A stretch of DNA of 64,000 nucleotides from an uncultured delta proteobacterium. Lineage in GTDB: Bacteria > Desulfobacterota > BSN033 > UBA1163. Where the stretch lies: the NCBI GenBank assembly GCA_963739325.1, contig CAVTZZ010000036.1, positions 1,777 to 65,776 on the forward strand. The letters are read 5' to 3'. The position numbers and the translations under genes are program-made. This document shows positions 18,221 to 27,996 of the stretch, piece by piece (the stretch's first letter is position 1; each line of letters begins with the position of its first letter). Below the pieces are notes generated by a model. That model did no database searches, was not told where the DNA came from, and saw nothing but the letters and a program-made list of their open reading frames with translations.

Positions 18221-19180
18221 ATGGCTCAATACCTTTTTAGACGCCTCCTCTATACCCTGATCACTCTTATCGGGATCAGCATCCTTTCTTGGTTGATCAT
18301 TACCCAGGCCCCAGGAAGCCCGATCGCACTGACCCTCGACCCCAAGGTCTCACCCAAAATCATCGAACAGATGGAGAAGAATTACGACCTGGATAAGCCC
18401 GTCTACCAACAATACTTCCTCTGGCTGAAACGCCTCTTCACCGGGGAACTATACTCCTTCAAAGATGGAAGGCCAGTGATGAAAAAGATTGGTGAAAGGA
18501 TATGGAATACACTCCTTCTCAATCTCGTGGCTATCATCATCATCTTCTCACTCGCAATCCCTCTCGGCATCTTTTCAGCAAAACGACAGTACAGCTTCTT
18601 GGACAACCTGGGGACATTCGGAGCCTATCTGGGAATCTCCATTCCGAGTTTCTGGCTCGCCTATCTTCTCATTCTTGGAACGGTCAAACTTTTCGGCTAT
18701 CCTGTGCTTGGAATGAGATCCTTTGTCACCGAAGACTTCACCGGAGCCGAAGTCATTTTGGATCGCCTCTGGCACCTGATGCTTCCCTCGATCATTCTGG
18801 CGATCGGAGGCATTGCTGCCCTCTCCCGATACACACGCTCCAGCATGCTCGAGGTGATCCGACAGGATTATGTCCGCACTGCCAAGGCTAAAGGACTTCC
18901 AGAGGAGACCGTCTATTATAAACATGCCCTACGGAATGCACTGCTTCCCATTATCACTCTCTTCGGATTTCTCATCCCGGGACTCATCGGTGGTTCTATC
19001 ATTATGGAGACCGTCTTTGCATGGCCTGGGATTGGACGATTAGCTTATCAAGCCGTCCTCGCCAGGGACTATCCTGTGGTGATGACGATTAATACAATTA
19101 CAGCCGTGCTCGTGCTCATTGGAAACTTCGTGGCAGATATACTTTATGGGATCGCAGATCCAAGAATTCGATATGGATAA
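18221..19180 (+). CDS. ABC peptide transporter permease (OppB/DppB-like)
   Basis: 319 aa, six TM segments, N-terminal MAQYLFRRLLYTLITLIGIS, and an EAA loop region (RTAKAKGL). Confidence 0.9.
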   Translation: MAQYLFRRLLYTLITLIGISILSWLIITQAPGSPIALTLDPKVSPKIIEQMEKNYDLDKPVYQQYFLWLKRLFTGELYSFKDGRPVMKKIGERIWNTLLLNLVAIIIIFSLAIPLGIFSAKRQYSFLDNLGTFGAYLGISIPSFWLAYLLILGTVKLFGYPVLGMRSFVTEDFTGAEVILDRLWHLMLPSIILAIGGIAALSRYTRSSMLEVIRQDYVRTAKAKGLPEETVYYKHALRNALLPIITLFGFLIPGLIGGSIIMETVFAWPGIGRLAYQAVLARDYPVVMTINTITAVLVLIGNFVADILYGIADPRIRYG

Positions 19181-20031
19181 TGATGGAGTCTCAATTAAGA
19201 ACCTTTTGGCGCTATTTTAAAAGGAATCGGCTGGCAGTTGGAGGCATGGCCATGATTTTGGTCACCTTCCTGATCGCAGGCTTTGCTTCAGTTCTCGCCC
19301 CTAACGATCCCGGAAAAACAGAAGTTTCTCTCAAATTGAAACCTCCTTCCTTCGAGCATTACTTAGGGACAGACCAGTTGGGCCGGGATGTCTTCAGCCG
19401 GATGCTCTACGGGTCCAGAGTCTCTCTATCTGTCGGATTCGTCGCCGTTGCTATCTCCATTCTCATTGGGATCTTGGTGGGAGCGGTGGCGGGATACTAT
19501 GCTGGATGGGTGGACTCTTTTCTGATGCGCTTTGTTGATATCATGCTTTGTTTTCCTTCTTTTTTCCTCATTCTGACGGTTGTTGCCCTTCTGGGCCCCA
19601 GCCTCTTCAAGGTCATGGTTGTCATCGGAATCACATCGTGGATGGGAACCTCTCGGTTCGTCCGGGCAGAATTTCTTTCTCTGAGAGAGCGTGATTATGT
19701 CCAGGCCGCCAAAGCCCTTGGGATAAAGGATTCCAGGATCATCTTTCGACACATCCTCCCCAATGCGTTGGCCCCGGTCTTCGTCACTGCTACACTCGAT
19801 GTGGCCACAGCGATTCTGGTCGAGGCTGGCCTTAGTTTCCTGGGATTCGGAGTCCAGCCCCCTGCCCCCAGTTGGGGAAACATCCTCACTGAAGGGAGGA
19901 CATACATCTTCGATGCCTGGTGGTTGACTATCTTCCCAGGGATAGCCATTCTTATCACGGTTCTCTCTTTCAATCTTTTGGGGGAAGGATTAAGGGATGC
20001 ACTCGATCCGAGGCTTCGAGGAAGACGATAA
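19180..20031 (+). CDS. ABC peptide transporter permease (OppC/DppC-like)
   Basis: 283 aa with HYLGTDQLGRDVFSRMLYGSR and AAKALGIKDSRIIFRHILPN. Translationally coupled to the preceding gene. Confidence 0.9.
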   Translation: MMESQLRTFWRYFKRNRLAVGGMAMILVTFLIAGFASVLAPNDPGKTEVSLKLKPPSFEHYLGTDQLGRDVFSRMLYGSRVSLSVGFVAVAISILIGILVGAVAGYYAGWVDSFLMRFVDIMLCFPSFFLILTVVALLGPSLFKVMVVIGITSWMGTSRFVRAEFLSLRERDYVQAAKALGIKDSRIIFRHILPNALAPVFVTATLDVATAILVEAGLSFLGFGVQPPAPSWGNILTEGRTYIFDAWWLTIFPGIAILITVLSFNLLGEGLRDALDPRLRGRR

Positions 20032-20035
20032 CGTA

Positions 20036-20127
20036 TCATTGCATATTGCAAAATGCAAATTGCAAAATTCAAAATTAAGATAAAAACATTTTAAATTTTA
20101 CAATGCTAACTTTTCATTTTTCATTGA
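20036..20127. repeat. Stuttered hairpin locus 8 (opp permease/ATPase spacer), paralogous to locus 7
   Basis: CATTGCATATTGCAAAATGCAAATTGCAAAATTCAAAATT opposed to TTTTAAATTTTACAATGCTAACTTTTCATTTTTCATTGAG. Confidence 0.75.
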
Positions 20128-20134
20128 GTTACTT

Positions 20135-21133
20135 ATGAAGAATCCTCTTTTAGAAATTCGTTCCCTTTCCACTCATTTTTTTACAGAAGAAGGAGTGGTC
20201 AGGGCCGTGGAAAATGTGAGTTTTGAAATTCATCCTGGAGAGATCCTGAGCCTCGTGGGCGAATCCGGATGCGGGAAGAGCGTGACCGGTCTCTCCATTT
20301 TGAGGCTCATCACCAGTCCACCCGGCCAAATCGTCAGCGGCGAGATCCTCTTCAATGGAAGGAACCTATTGCAGTTAGAAGAAAAGGAGATGGAGCGGGT
20401 GAGAGGAAATGAGATCTCTATGGTCTTTCAGGAACCGATGACCTCTCTCAACCCAGTCTTTACGATTGGAGACCAGATCATGGAGACCCTTCTCCTCCAC
20501 CAGTCAGGATCGACCCGTACCGGGAAGCTGGATAAAACAGAGGCCAGAAGAAGGACCATGGAGATGTTGGATCGGGTGAAAATCCCTTCTCCTGAAATGA
20601 GGATCGATGCCTATCCCCACCAGTTGAGCGGAGGGATGAGACAAAGGGCGATGATCGCTATGGCTCTCTCCTGTCAACCGAAGCTTCTCATCGCTGATGA
20701 GCCTACGACCGCTCTGGATGTGACGATTCAGGCTCAGATCCTTCACCTGCTCAAAGAGATCCAGAAGGGGATGGGAATGGCCGTGATGTTGATTACCCAT
20801 GACCTGGGAGTGGTTTCAGAGATAGCCGATCGGGTAGCGGTGATGTACGCAGGTCGAATGGTGGAGGTTGCACCCATCGAACTTCTCTTTGGTCAGATGC
20901 GCCATCCCTACACCAAGGGGCTTCTCGACTCCATCCCTCAATTACAGGAGAAAAGAAGAAGACTGAATGCGATCCCGGGTCAGGTTCCGAACCCTATGGA
21001 TCTACCCGTGGGTTGCAAGTTCCATCCAAGATGTTATCTGATGATTGAAGAATGTAAAAAGGAAGAACCTCCTCTCTTCCAGATCAATGGGAATCACTAC
21101 AGTCGATGCATTCGGTGGAAAGATTGTTGCTAA
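20135..21133 (+). CDS. ABC peptide transporter ATP-binding protein (OppD/DppD-like)
   Basis: Walker A GESGCGKS, signature LSGGMRQR, Walker B LLIADEPT, and the oligopeptide C-terminal Cys-rich extension. Confidence 0.9.
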   Translation: MKNPLLEIRSLSTHFFTEEGVVRAVENVSFEIHPGEILSLVGESGCGKSVTGLSILRLITSPPGQIVSGEILFNGRNLLQLEEKEMERVRGNEISMVFQEPMTSLNPVFTIGDQIMETLLLHQSGSTRTGKLDKTEARRRTMEMLDRVKIPSPEMRIDAYPHQLSGGMRQRAMIAMALSCQPKLLIADEPTTALDVTIQAQILHLLKEIQKGMGMAVMLITHDLGVVSEIADRVAVMYAGRMVEVAPIELLFGQMRHPYTKGLLDSIPQLQEKRRRLNAIPGQVPNPMDLPVGCKFHPRCYLMIEECKKEEPPLFQINGNHYSRCIRWKDCC

Positions 21134-21137
21134 AAAA

Positions 21138-21210
21138 GCATAGCGCATGGAGCATAGGGCATAGCGTTTTCTTACTTCAAACGCTTTGCGCAATGAGCTT
21201 TGCTCTTTGC
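21138..21210. repeat. Stuttered hairpin locus 9 (between the two opp ATPase genes)
   Basis: GCATAGCGCATGGAGCATAGGGCATAGCG opposed to CGCTTTGCGCAATGAGCTTTGCTCTTTGC, with one mismatch per ~8-nt unit. Confidence 0.75.
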
Positions 21211-21224
21211 AAAGAAGAATAGAG

Positions 21225-22190
21225 ATGGCTGAAAACAATTTTTTGATTCAGGTTCGAGATCTTAAAAAATATTACTACAGGGAGCGGATCTTCTCTTCGG
21301 ATAAGAAGCCAACCCGTGCGGTCGATGGCATCTCCTTCTCTATCCGAAAAGGAGAGACACTCGGTTTGGTGGGAGAGAGTGGTTGCGGAAAGACCACTAT
21401 AGGCAAATCGATCTTGAGATTGATCGAACCGACCTCTGGCCAGATCTTCTTTAAAGACCAGGATATCCTCTCTCTCGATCGGAAGGCCATGAGAGGATTA
21501 AGACCCTTCATGCAGTTCATCTTTCAGGATCCCTATGAATCCCTCAATCCCAGGATGAAGGTGGGAGAGATCGTAGGAGAGGGCATGGAGGTCCATCGAT
21601 CTGCCCAAGGGAAAGAGAAGATTCGAAGAGTCTCAGACCTTCTGGAGAAGGTAGGCCTCTATCCCCAGGATGCCTTTCGTTATCCTCACGAGTTCAGCGG
21701 TGGACAGCGCCAGAGGATCGGAATTGCCAGGGCCATCTCACTCAATCCAGAATTGATCGTCGCGGATGAACCCGTTTCTGCCTTGGATGTCTCCATTCAG
21801 GCTCAAATTCTCAATCTCCTGATGGATTTAAGAGATCAATTGGGCCTCACCTATCTCTTCATCTCTCATGATCTTCGGATCGTCAAACATATTAGTGATC
21901 GAATTGCCGTGATGTATATGGGGAAGATAGTGGAGATGGCCAATGGGGAAGACCTCTTCCGTCGATCCTTACACCCATATACCCAGGTCTTGCTCGCTGC
22001 CATCCCGAAGTTGACGCCTCAAAAAAGAGAAGAAGCTCTTGTGAAAGAGGAACATCGTCCCATCCTTTCGGAAGGAGGATGTATCTTTCAGTCCAGATGT
22101 CCCCACCCGAGAGAGAGGTGCCAAATGGAAGAACCTCTCCTCTTAGACGAGGGGAATGACCACTTCGTCGCCTGCCATTTCTTATCCTAA
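21225..22190 (+). CDS. ABC peptide transporter ATP-binding protein (OppF/DppF-like)
   Basis: GESGCGKTT, FSGGQRQR, IVADEPVSALD. The start is placed at MAENNF; the ORF opens at 21186 inside a repeat hairpin. Confidence 0.9.
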   Translation: MAENNFLIQVRDLKKYYYRERIFSSDKKPTRAVDGISFSIRKGETLGLVGESGCGKTTIGKSILRLIEPTSGQIFFKDQDILSLDRKAMRGLRPFMQFIFQDPYESLNPRMKVGEIVGEGMEVHRSAQGKEKIRRVSDLLEKVGLYPQDAFRYPHEFSGGQRQRIGIARAISLNPELIVADEPVSALDVSIQAQILNLLMDLRDQLGLTYLFISHDLRIVKHISDRIAVMYMGKIVEMANGEDLFRRSLHPYTQVLLAAIPKLTPQKREEALVKEEHRPILSEGGCIFQSRCPHPRERCQMEEPLLLDEGNDHFVACHFLS

Positions 22191-22278
22191 TAACCCATAC
22201 CCTTTTACAACACTGAGGAAGTTCCTTGACCGAAGACCGGGAAGAAATCGAGAAGGAATGGCCAGAATGTGCAGGCAT

Positions 22279-23361
22279 TCACCGGCAGAGCACTGCCAGC
22301 TGATCTGGATCGAGCTTAATGGCGATTCTTTCGCTCACCGCATACGGAGTACGAACTTCACCCCTGGCACGAATCAGGTGGTTTTTGATTTTCAACTGAT
22401 AATCGATCAGCTCGCCTATATAGGATGCTCTGACCACCTCTGCTTCATAGAGGTTGGGCTCGTGTGGAGTAGTCTTAGCTTCGGCCGGGGATAAAAATTT
22501 TATGCTTTCAGGTCGTATCGCCACATCCACCTCATCGCCTTTCTTAAGCTCGTGGCCGCGGCCGGTGAGCGTGACACCATCATCGGTGGTCACTTCTGCA
22601 TAGTCCTTATCGAAGCTGATTACTTTGCCGTGAATGAAATTGGTCGTGCCCATAAAGCCTGCGACAAATTTATTGGCCGGTTTGGAGTAAATCTCCAACG
22701 GTATACCGAGCTGCATGATCCTGCCTTTTTCAAGGACCACGATCCTGTCAGAGATAACCATCGCCTCGGTTTGATCGTGGGTGACATAGATGGTCGTGAT
22801 CCCCGCCTGCTTGTGGATCTGGGCGATTTCGAATCGCATCTGCTCTCTGAGTAAGGCGTCAAGATTGCTGAGGGGTTCGTCGAGAAGGAGGATCTCCGGT
22901 TCCAAGACCAGAGCCCGAGCCAGGGCCACTCTCTGTTGCTGACCGCCGCTTAGTTGACGGGGATAGCGGTCTCCAAAACCCTCTAACTGGACAAGGGCCA
23001 GAGCACGCTCCACCTTCTGACGGATCTCGTTCTTGGAGAGCTTCTTAATCTGAAGGCCAAAGGCCAGGTTCTGAAATACTGTCATATGGGGCCATAGGGC
23101 ATAGTTTTGAAAGACCAGCCCAATCCCCCGCTTCTGTGGAGGAATTTCAGTGATTTTGCGATCTCCGAGGTAGATATCACCACTGTCAGGCTTGACGAAC
23201 CCTGATACACACCTCAAGACGGTCGTCTTCCCACACCCCGAAGGACCGAGCAAAGTCAACAATTCCCCCTCTCGGACTTCGAGACTCAGATCGTCTACCG
23301 CTTTCACTTTGCCGTATTTTTTTACGATGCGTTCCAAGTGGAGTGTGGGCATTGAATCCAT
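22279..23361 (-). CDS. ABC importer ATP-binding protein with C-terminal TOBE domain (PotA/FbpC-like)
   Basis: GPSGCGKTT, LSGGQQQRVALARAL, LLLDEPLSNLD, and a C-terminal OB-fold tail. Confidence 0.9.
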   Translation of the reverse strand: MDSMPTLHLERIVKKYGKVKAVDDLSLEVREGELLTLLGPSGCGKTTVLRCVSGFVKPDSGDIYLGDRKITEIPPQKRGIGLVFQNYALWPHMTVFQNLAFGLQIKKLSKNEIRQKVERALALVQLEGFGDRYPRQLSGGQQQRVALARALVLEPEILLLDEPLSNLDALLREQMRFEIAQIHKQAGITTIYVTHDQTEAMVISDRIVVLEKGRIMQLGIPLEIYSKPANKFVAGFMGTTNFIHGKVISFDKDYAEVTTDDGVTLTGRGHELKKGDEVDVAIRPESIKFLSPAEAKTTPHEPNLYEAEVVRASYIGELIDYQLKIKNHLIRARGEVRTPYAVSERIAIKLDPDQLAVLCR

Positions 23362-23388
23362 TCCTCCTGAAAAGAAGAATCAAGCACG

Positions 23389-24222
23389 TCAGCCCATCCC
23401 GCCTACGTACTCGGCCTTGAGCACCCTCTGGATCAGCGTCATGAATAGGATGCTGGGGATAAGTAAGATGATGGCGATCACTGAAGCAAACTGCATGTTG
23501 TAACCGCTGGACGAGTAAAGTGTCATCGGCAGGGTATTGACGAAAGGAAGGCCGATGAAGAAGGTCCCGGTGAACTCATCCAGAGAGGTGATGAACACGA
23601 ATACGCAACTGGCTAAAAGTCCAGGCGCTGCCAATGGCAGGGTAATGTGGAAAAATGTGTAAAGACTGCCTGCGCCCACGCTGTGGGCCGCTTCTTCCAG
23701 GTAGCTGGGGATGGATCGAAAGGTGGCGCTGGTGATCCAGACGCCAAAAACAAGGCCCACTAAAATGTGTACCAGGATGACCCCCTGAACGGTACCAGCC
23801 AAGCCCCAACGGGTGAAGATGTGCAGCAAATTGACGAAGATAGGCTGCTGCGGAAAGGCATTAGGCATCAAAAAGAGAAACATAATAAACGCGCCAAAAG
23901 GAATGCGGTACTTAGCCAATGCGTACCCTGCAGGGATGGCGATGAGCATGGAGATGATGACGACCACAACGGCGATCAACAGACTCAGAAGGAAGGCCGG
24001 CACAATACTGATGGTTCCGATGGCCAAACTCGTGTGCAATCCCAGGGCCTGCTTCCAATACTCAAAGCCCACCTCCTGGGGCAGGGTGTGCGGCCAATAC
24101 CAGCGGTGAGCGACAGACCAGATGAAGAGGCTCATCATCGGTCCTATAATGATCAGGAAGACCAGCACGAGCATGACGATCTCAGCGGTAAGGATCAGAA
24201 TGCGCTTGACAGACATGTTCAC
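23389..24222 (-). CDS. ABC importer permease (PotC-like)
   Basis: 277 aa, six TM segments, EAA-type loop (EEAAHSVGAGSLYTFFHITLP). Confidence 0.87.
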   Translation of the reverse strand: MNMSVKRILILTAEIVMLVLVFLIIIGPMMSLFIWSVAHRWYWPHTLPQEVGFEYWKQALGLHTSLAIGTISIVPAFLLSLLIAVVVVIISMLIAIPAGYALAKYRIPFGAFIMFLFLMPNAFPQQPIFVNLLHIFTRWGLAGTVQGVILVHILVGLVFGVWITSATFRSIPSYLEEAAHSVGAGSLYTFFHITLPLAAPGLLASCVFVFITSLDEFTGTFFIGLPFVNTLPMTLYSSSGYNMQFASVIAIILLIPSILFMTLIQRVLKAEYVGGMG

Positions 24223-25013
24223 CTCTCACTGGCTTGCGAACCGGTCACCTTTTTCACCGATGACTTCAGATAATAGACCGCTGTGGCCAAAACCAGAAGG
24301 TAGGAGAAGACGCCCAGCGTATTGGCAACACCGAAATCTCGAAAATAGTTGATGCGATGGGCGATGTCGACCGTGATGGTGGTAGGGATCTTCCCTCCGA
24401 TCAACATGTAGGGCAAGGTAAAGGTACCGACGATCTGGGAATAGACGAGGACGAGAGCGACCACGATGCTCGAACGATTCATTGGGATCAACACACGAGT
24501 GATGACCCTCATCAAGCCCGCGCCACAACTGCGGGCAGCTTCGATGTAGCTGTTGTCGATCATCTGGAAGCCGCCGTGAATAATCAGGACGGAGAAGGGT
24601 ATCATCTTCCAGATGAACCCGAAAGTCAGTCCATAAAAGTTGAAAAGCTGGAGAGGGTTTTTGATGTCGACCATCCCTACCTTAGCCAGGGTCAGGTTAA
24701 GCAATCCATGGGGAGCAAGAAAGGTGGTCATCATCTGGGCTACGACCACAAAAGGGATGAAGATGGGCAGCCTGTACAATCCTCCCAGTACTCGAGAAAT
24801 GGAGTTCTGTCTTAAGCGAAGATAGACAGCCAGAAGGATCGCCAGTCCAGCAGAAACCGCTGTGCTGAGAACAGTGACTGCGAAGGTGAACCCGATGTCT
24901 TTGAGATAGAGGTCCACCGTCTTCTGGTAGTTCTCAAAGGAAAATTGGCCCTGGCTATTGATGAAGCTCCGAGTGATGGATGAAAGGAAGGGGTAACCAT
25001 ACATGAGAAACAT
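24219..25013 (-). CDS. ABC importer permease (PotB-like)
   Basis: 264 aa with IEAARSCGAGLMRVITRVLIP. Overlaps the next permease by 4 nt. Confidence 0.87.
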   Translation of the reverse strand: MFLMYGYPFLSSITRSFINSQGQFSFENYQKTVDLYLKDIGFTFAVTVLSTAVSAGLAILLAVYLRLRQNSISRVLGGLYRLPIFIPFVVVAQMMTTFLAPHGLLNLTLAKVGMVDIKNPLQLFNFYGLTFGFIWKMIPFSVLIIHGGFQMIDNSYIEAARSCGAGLMRVITRVLIPMNRSSIVVALVLVYSQIVGTFTLPYMLIGGKIPTTITVDIAHRINYFRDFGVANTLGVFSYLLVLATAVYYLKSSVKKVTGSQASER

Positions 25014-25046
25014 GAAGGTTACCGCCGGGAGAAGTCAGTAGAAGGT

Positions 25047-25072
25047 AAGGAGGGAGAGAGATCCCCCTCCTT
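25047..25072. other. Intercistronic hairpin between the binding-protein gene and the permease genes
   Basis: AAGGAGGG-N10-CCCTCCTT (8-bp stem) sits 23 nt after the binding-protein stop on the minus-strand transcript. This is the classic position for differential-expression hairpins in ABC operons. Confidence 0.4.
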
Positions 25073-25094
25073 ACGGTTTGCTTTGCTTGCACAG

Positions 25095-26270
25095 CTACTT
25101 GACCCACTTCTCGTACGACTCCAGCATGGCGCTAAAGTATTCGCCCAGAGGGAAAGCACGTCCCTTCTTGGCAAGGTCGGCGGGTGTAACGTCCTTATAG
25201 ATCTTATTGAATGTTTCAGGTGGGATCGCTCCCTTCAGATGGGAGCCGTCGATTCCGGGATACCAGTTGAAGCGCGTAACGATTTCTTTAGCCTGGGTTT
25301 CTGGACTGGTGACGAACTCGACGAACCTCTTGGCTTCTTTTGGATGCGCTGCTTTCTTGAAAATCACGAAGAACATCGGCTGGCCGGGCATGCCAGGCTC
25401 AGGGAGAACCATCCTGGTCTTGGGATCCAGCTTGCCCTCGTTCATGAAGGTGAAGAACATGTCCACCCAGACAGGGCCCATCCAGATCTCCCCCCGGTTC
25501 AAGGCATCCAGGGTACCAACGTTGCCTCCCGTGATGGTCACATTTTTGTTGAACTCCCCTAAATCTTTAAAAGCCTGCTCCCATGTGGCTGCTTCGGCTT
25601 TGTCAAAGGGGCCAGTGACCGCATACTTTTCGTATTTACCCGTCTTCCAGTAGATCCAACCTACGGAAAATGCCACGCCGGACATGCCGCCCTTAATTCC
25701 GTTATAACCAAACTTGCGGGGATTCTGTTTGACCCATTCTACCAGATCGGCATAGTTTTTAGGTGGATCCTTCACGAAATCAGGATTGTAGGCCAGGGCT
25801 GTCTGGCTGTGGAACATGGGCATCACGTACCCTTCCACAGGAACACCTAAGGAATTCTTGGCAAAGGGAGAGGTGACGTACTTCCAGGTGCTGAGCTCCT
25901 TGGCGTAGGGCAGGAGGAGGTCTTTTCCTTCAGCCCATTTCAAAAAAATCTGGTGGACCATAGCCACGTCGACATCCCAGGTTGGCTTCTTAGACTCGGC
26001 CTCAGCCGAGATCTTCTCGAAGATCAGTCTTGAGCCCGCATCGCCAGGTCCGGTATGGACGGTCATCAGAGAGACGCCTGGATACTTTTTGGAGAATGCA
26101 GGACCGAGCACATTCTGTCCCAGCGCCAGCATGTTGACGTCACCCGCTGTCATGTAGACCAGCTTGATGGGTGCGGGTGCTGCTTTGACTTCCTTTTGAC
26201 CTCCCAGAACAAGGAGGCCGATTACCCCGAGGACGAAAAGGCAAACCAAAATAAATCTTTTTGGACTCAT
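25095..26270 (-). CDS. ABC importer periplasmic substrate-binding protein (family 1; PotD/AfuA-like), substrate unknown
   Basis: 391 aa with a signal peptide (MSPKRFILVCLFVLGVIGLLVLGG). Its size and position at the head of the PotABC-like operon fit this role. Confidence 0.82.
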   Translation of the reverse strand: MSPKRFILVCLFVLGVIGLLVLGGQKEVKAAPAPIKLVYMTAGDVNMLALGQNVLGPAFSKKYPGVSLMTVHTGPGDAGSRLIFEKISAEAESKKPTWDVDVAMVHQIFLKWAEGKDLLLPYAKELSTWKYVTSPFAKNSLGVPVEGYVMPMFHSQTALAYNPDFVKDPPKNYADLVEWVKQNPRKFGYNGIKGGMSGVAFSVGWIYWKTGKYEKYAVTGPFDKAEAATWEQAFKDLGEFNKNVTITGGNVGTLDALNRGEIWMGPVWVDMFFTFMNEGKLDPKTRMVLPEPGMPGQPMFFVIFKKAAHPKEAKRFVEFVTSPETQAKEIVTRFNWYPGIDGSHLKGAIPPETFNKIYKDVTPADLAKKGRAFPLGEYFSAMLESYEKWVK

Positions 26271-26366
26271 AAGAACCTCCTTTCTTAAAAAGTATTATAT
26301 GGATCAATAGAAATTGACCTACCTTATTCCTACTGCAATCTTGAGAAACTGTCAAGTTGTTTAAAA

Positions 26367-26402
26367 GGGATTCAACCCCCCGACCCCCAGAGTGCGATTC
26401 TG
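26367..26402 (-). pseudogene. Degenerate partial copy of tRNA-Ala(CGC) covering the anticodon arm to the T-arm; putative att-site remnant
   Basis: A 16-nt exact match, CCAGAGTGCGATTCTG, links 26387-26402 to 30746-30761 in the same orientation. By eye about 31 of 36-37 positions match across GGGATTCAACCCCCCGACCCCCAGAGTGCGATTCTG. The acceptor and D arms are absent. Confidence 0.55.
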
Positions 26403-26784
26403 AAAAGGTCAATTTGGTAATCCTTGGAAATCGAATGATTTCTTGGAATTATTTTTTTTGAGTGTATAGGTGATTGGGTCAGTTTAAGGTAGTTTGGATA
26501 ATTTTGGTGAGAAGATAGTGAAAAGAAATAGGTGTGGAGGAGAAGGGTTTGCGGGGATGCGGGGGTCGAAATAGGCTTATATCTGCTTTAGAAACTCTCC
26601 TCCCAAAAAGTTAAAGGGTCTATGAACCATCTTCTCCGAGTCCTTAATTAGTTCGCCTTAAAGACTCCTTCCTGAAGTCGAGATTCTTGAATTTTATCGG
26701 ATGCTGCAACCTTTCAACCAGTAATCCGCAATAGGATATATGGAGAAGGTAATAAAAGACGGGACTTCATTAAATCGAGAATAA

Positions 26785-27996
26785 TCAAGTGAGACTACGA
26801 TTCTGCAAAGAAGGGATACTGCTGAATTGCTCTGAGAGTTCATACGGAAGCAGTATCGGAATCAAGCCCTTCGAAAGAGCCGACTCGGCCTCTTCATTTG
26901 TGGAAACCCGTCTAATGAGGTCTCCTTTAGCCTCAAGCCCTAAGACCTCTACAAATGTGTCCAACATCCCTTTTGGAAAGGCGTATACAAAAAGGTGTCC
27001 CTCAACAATAGTGAATGTCGGGTTGAACTCAATTGTGAGTCCTCCTCCCACGGGTTTTGTCTTGAGCATACCCGCTTCTATAAGCTTTTCGGCAAACTTT
27101 TTCCGTGCCACCGACGATCTCTCGAGCAACTTCGCAATCTCCAGAAAGAGCTGCGGCATCCTTTGAGTCATTAGCTTTCTCGAAACATCGAACCGGAACC
27201 ACCACAGATCATAGCTAAAGAGAGATTTTCTTCTAGATACCTCGCTCATTTCTCCTGCATACATGTTTCTTATGTAGAGTTGGTTAGGGAAGTCAAAAAT
27301 AGCAGAAGGCATTTCCCTTGGGCAATCCTCAGAAGGAAATCTTTCTTCTACGATCAGTTTAGTTACGAGATCTTTGTTCCAGAAGCGCACTATCTTCTCC
27401 ATGAATCCCTGGTCTGCCTTGTAGCCAGACAGAAGAATTTTCGTTCCCTTGATCGCTTCTTTAGAGCTTCCCAGCAGAATAAAGATCCCAGGATTTTGCC
27501 CATCTCGTGGGAGAGCAATAAATCTGAAGACCATCTGTCCTGTGAAAAGGTAGACTGGAACTTGATTGAGAGTCAGGTAGGATGCCGCCAGTTTCAACCC
27601 CTCTCCGTAATATCCCCGCATCCAACATTCCTTGTCGCTTCCGCCTATACGAAGTGCTTCCACCGTAATCCCGCGTCCGCTATCTACGATCCATGTTCCG
27701 TGAGAGTCTTGCTCGATCCGGACATCAGGTCGGCCGTTTATCCTCTCCTCTTCGTCCAAAGCGTTTTGAAGTAGTTCCCTTATCGATATAAATAGGCTGA
27801 ACTCCCGCTTGTCCACGTAGTCCTTTGACAATCCGGTGGAGAAGAGAGCATCGTACCCGGCAATTTTAGACGCCAACTCGAGAGGTTCTTCAAGGTCTAA
27901 AAGGAGCCCTCTGCTTTCAGCTTCTTTCAGAGGTATGATTGACGCAGACATGGTAGGCGAGATATTGTAGGTGCGGAAGACGTCACTCATTTCCAT
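26785..27996 (-). CDS. Orphan GHKL (HATPase_c-like) ATPase-fold protein, function unknown
   Basis: 403 aa. N-box-like IRELLQNALDE, G1-like DSGRGIT, G2-like GYYGEGLKLA. No kinase dimerisation, MutL or HSP90 middle domains are recognisable. It is flanked by 0.4-0.5 kb of non-coding DNA on each side. Confidence 0.55.
   Translation of the reverse strand: MEMSDVFRTYNISPTMSASIIPLKEAESRGLLLDLEEPLELASKIAGYDALFSTGLSKDYVDKREFSLFISIRELLQNALDEEERINGRPDVRIEQDSHGTWIVDSGRGITVEALRIGGSDKECWMRGYYGEGLKLAASYLTLNQVPVYLFTGQMVFRFIALPRDGQNPGIFILLGSSKEAIKGTKILLSGYKADQGFMEKIVRFWNKDLVTKLIVEERFPSEDCPREMPSAIFDFPNQLYIRNMYAGEMSEVSRRKSLFSYDLWWFRFDVSRKLMTQRMPQLFLEIAKLLERSSVARKKFAEKLIEAGMLKTKPVGGGLTIEFNPTFTIVEGHLFVYAFPKGMLDTFVEVLGLEAKGDLIRRVSTNEEAESALSKGLIPILLPYELSEQFSSIPSLQNRSLT

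Noticed and set aside
26271-26784. Possible riboswitch or ncRNA in the 514-nt gap upstream of the ABC binding-protein gene
   Set aside because: Apart from the tRNA-Ala fragment I could find no conserved aptamer-like motif or convincing structure. Purine-rich stretches such as GGTGTGGAGGAGAAGGG look like low-complexity filler.
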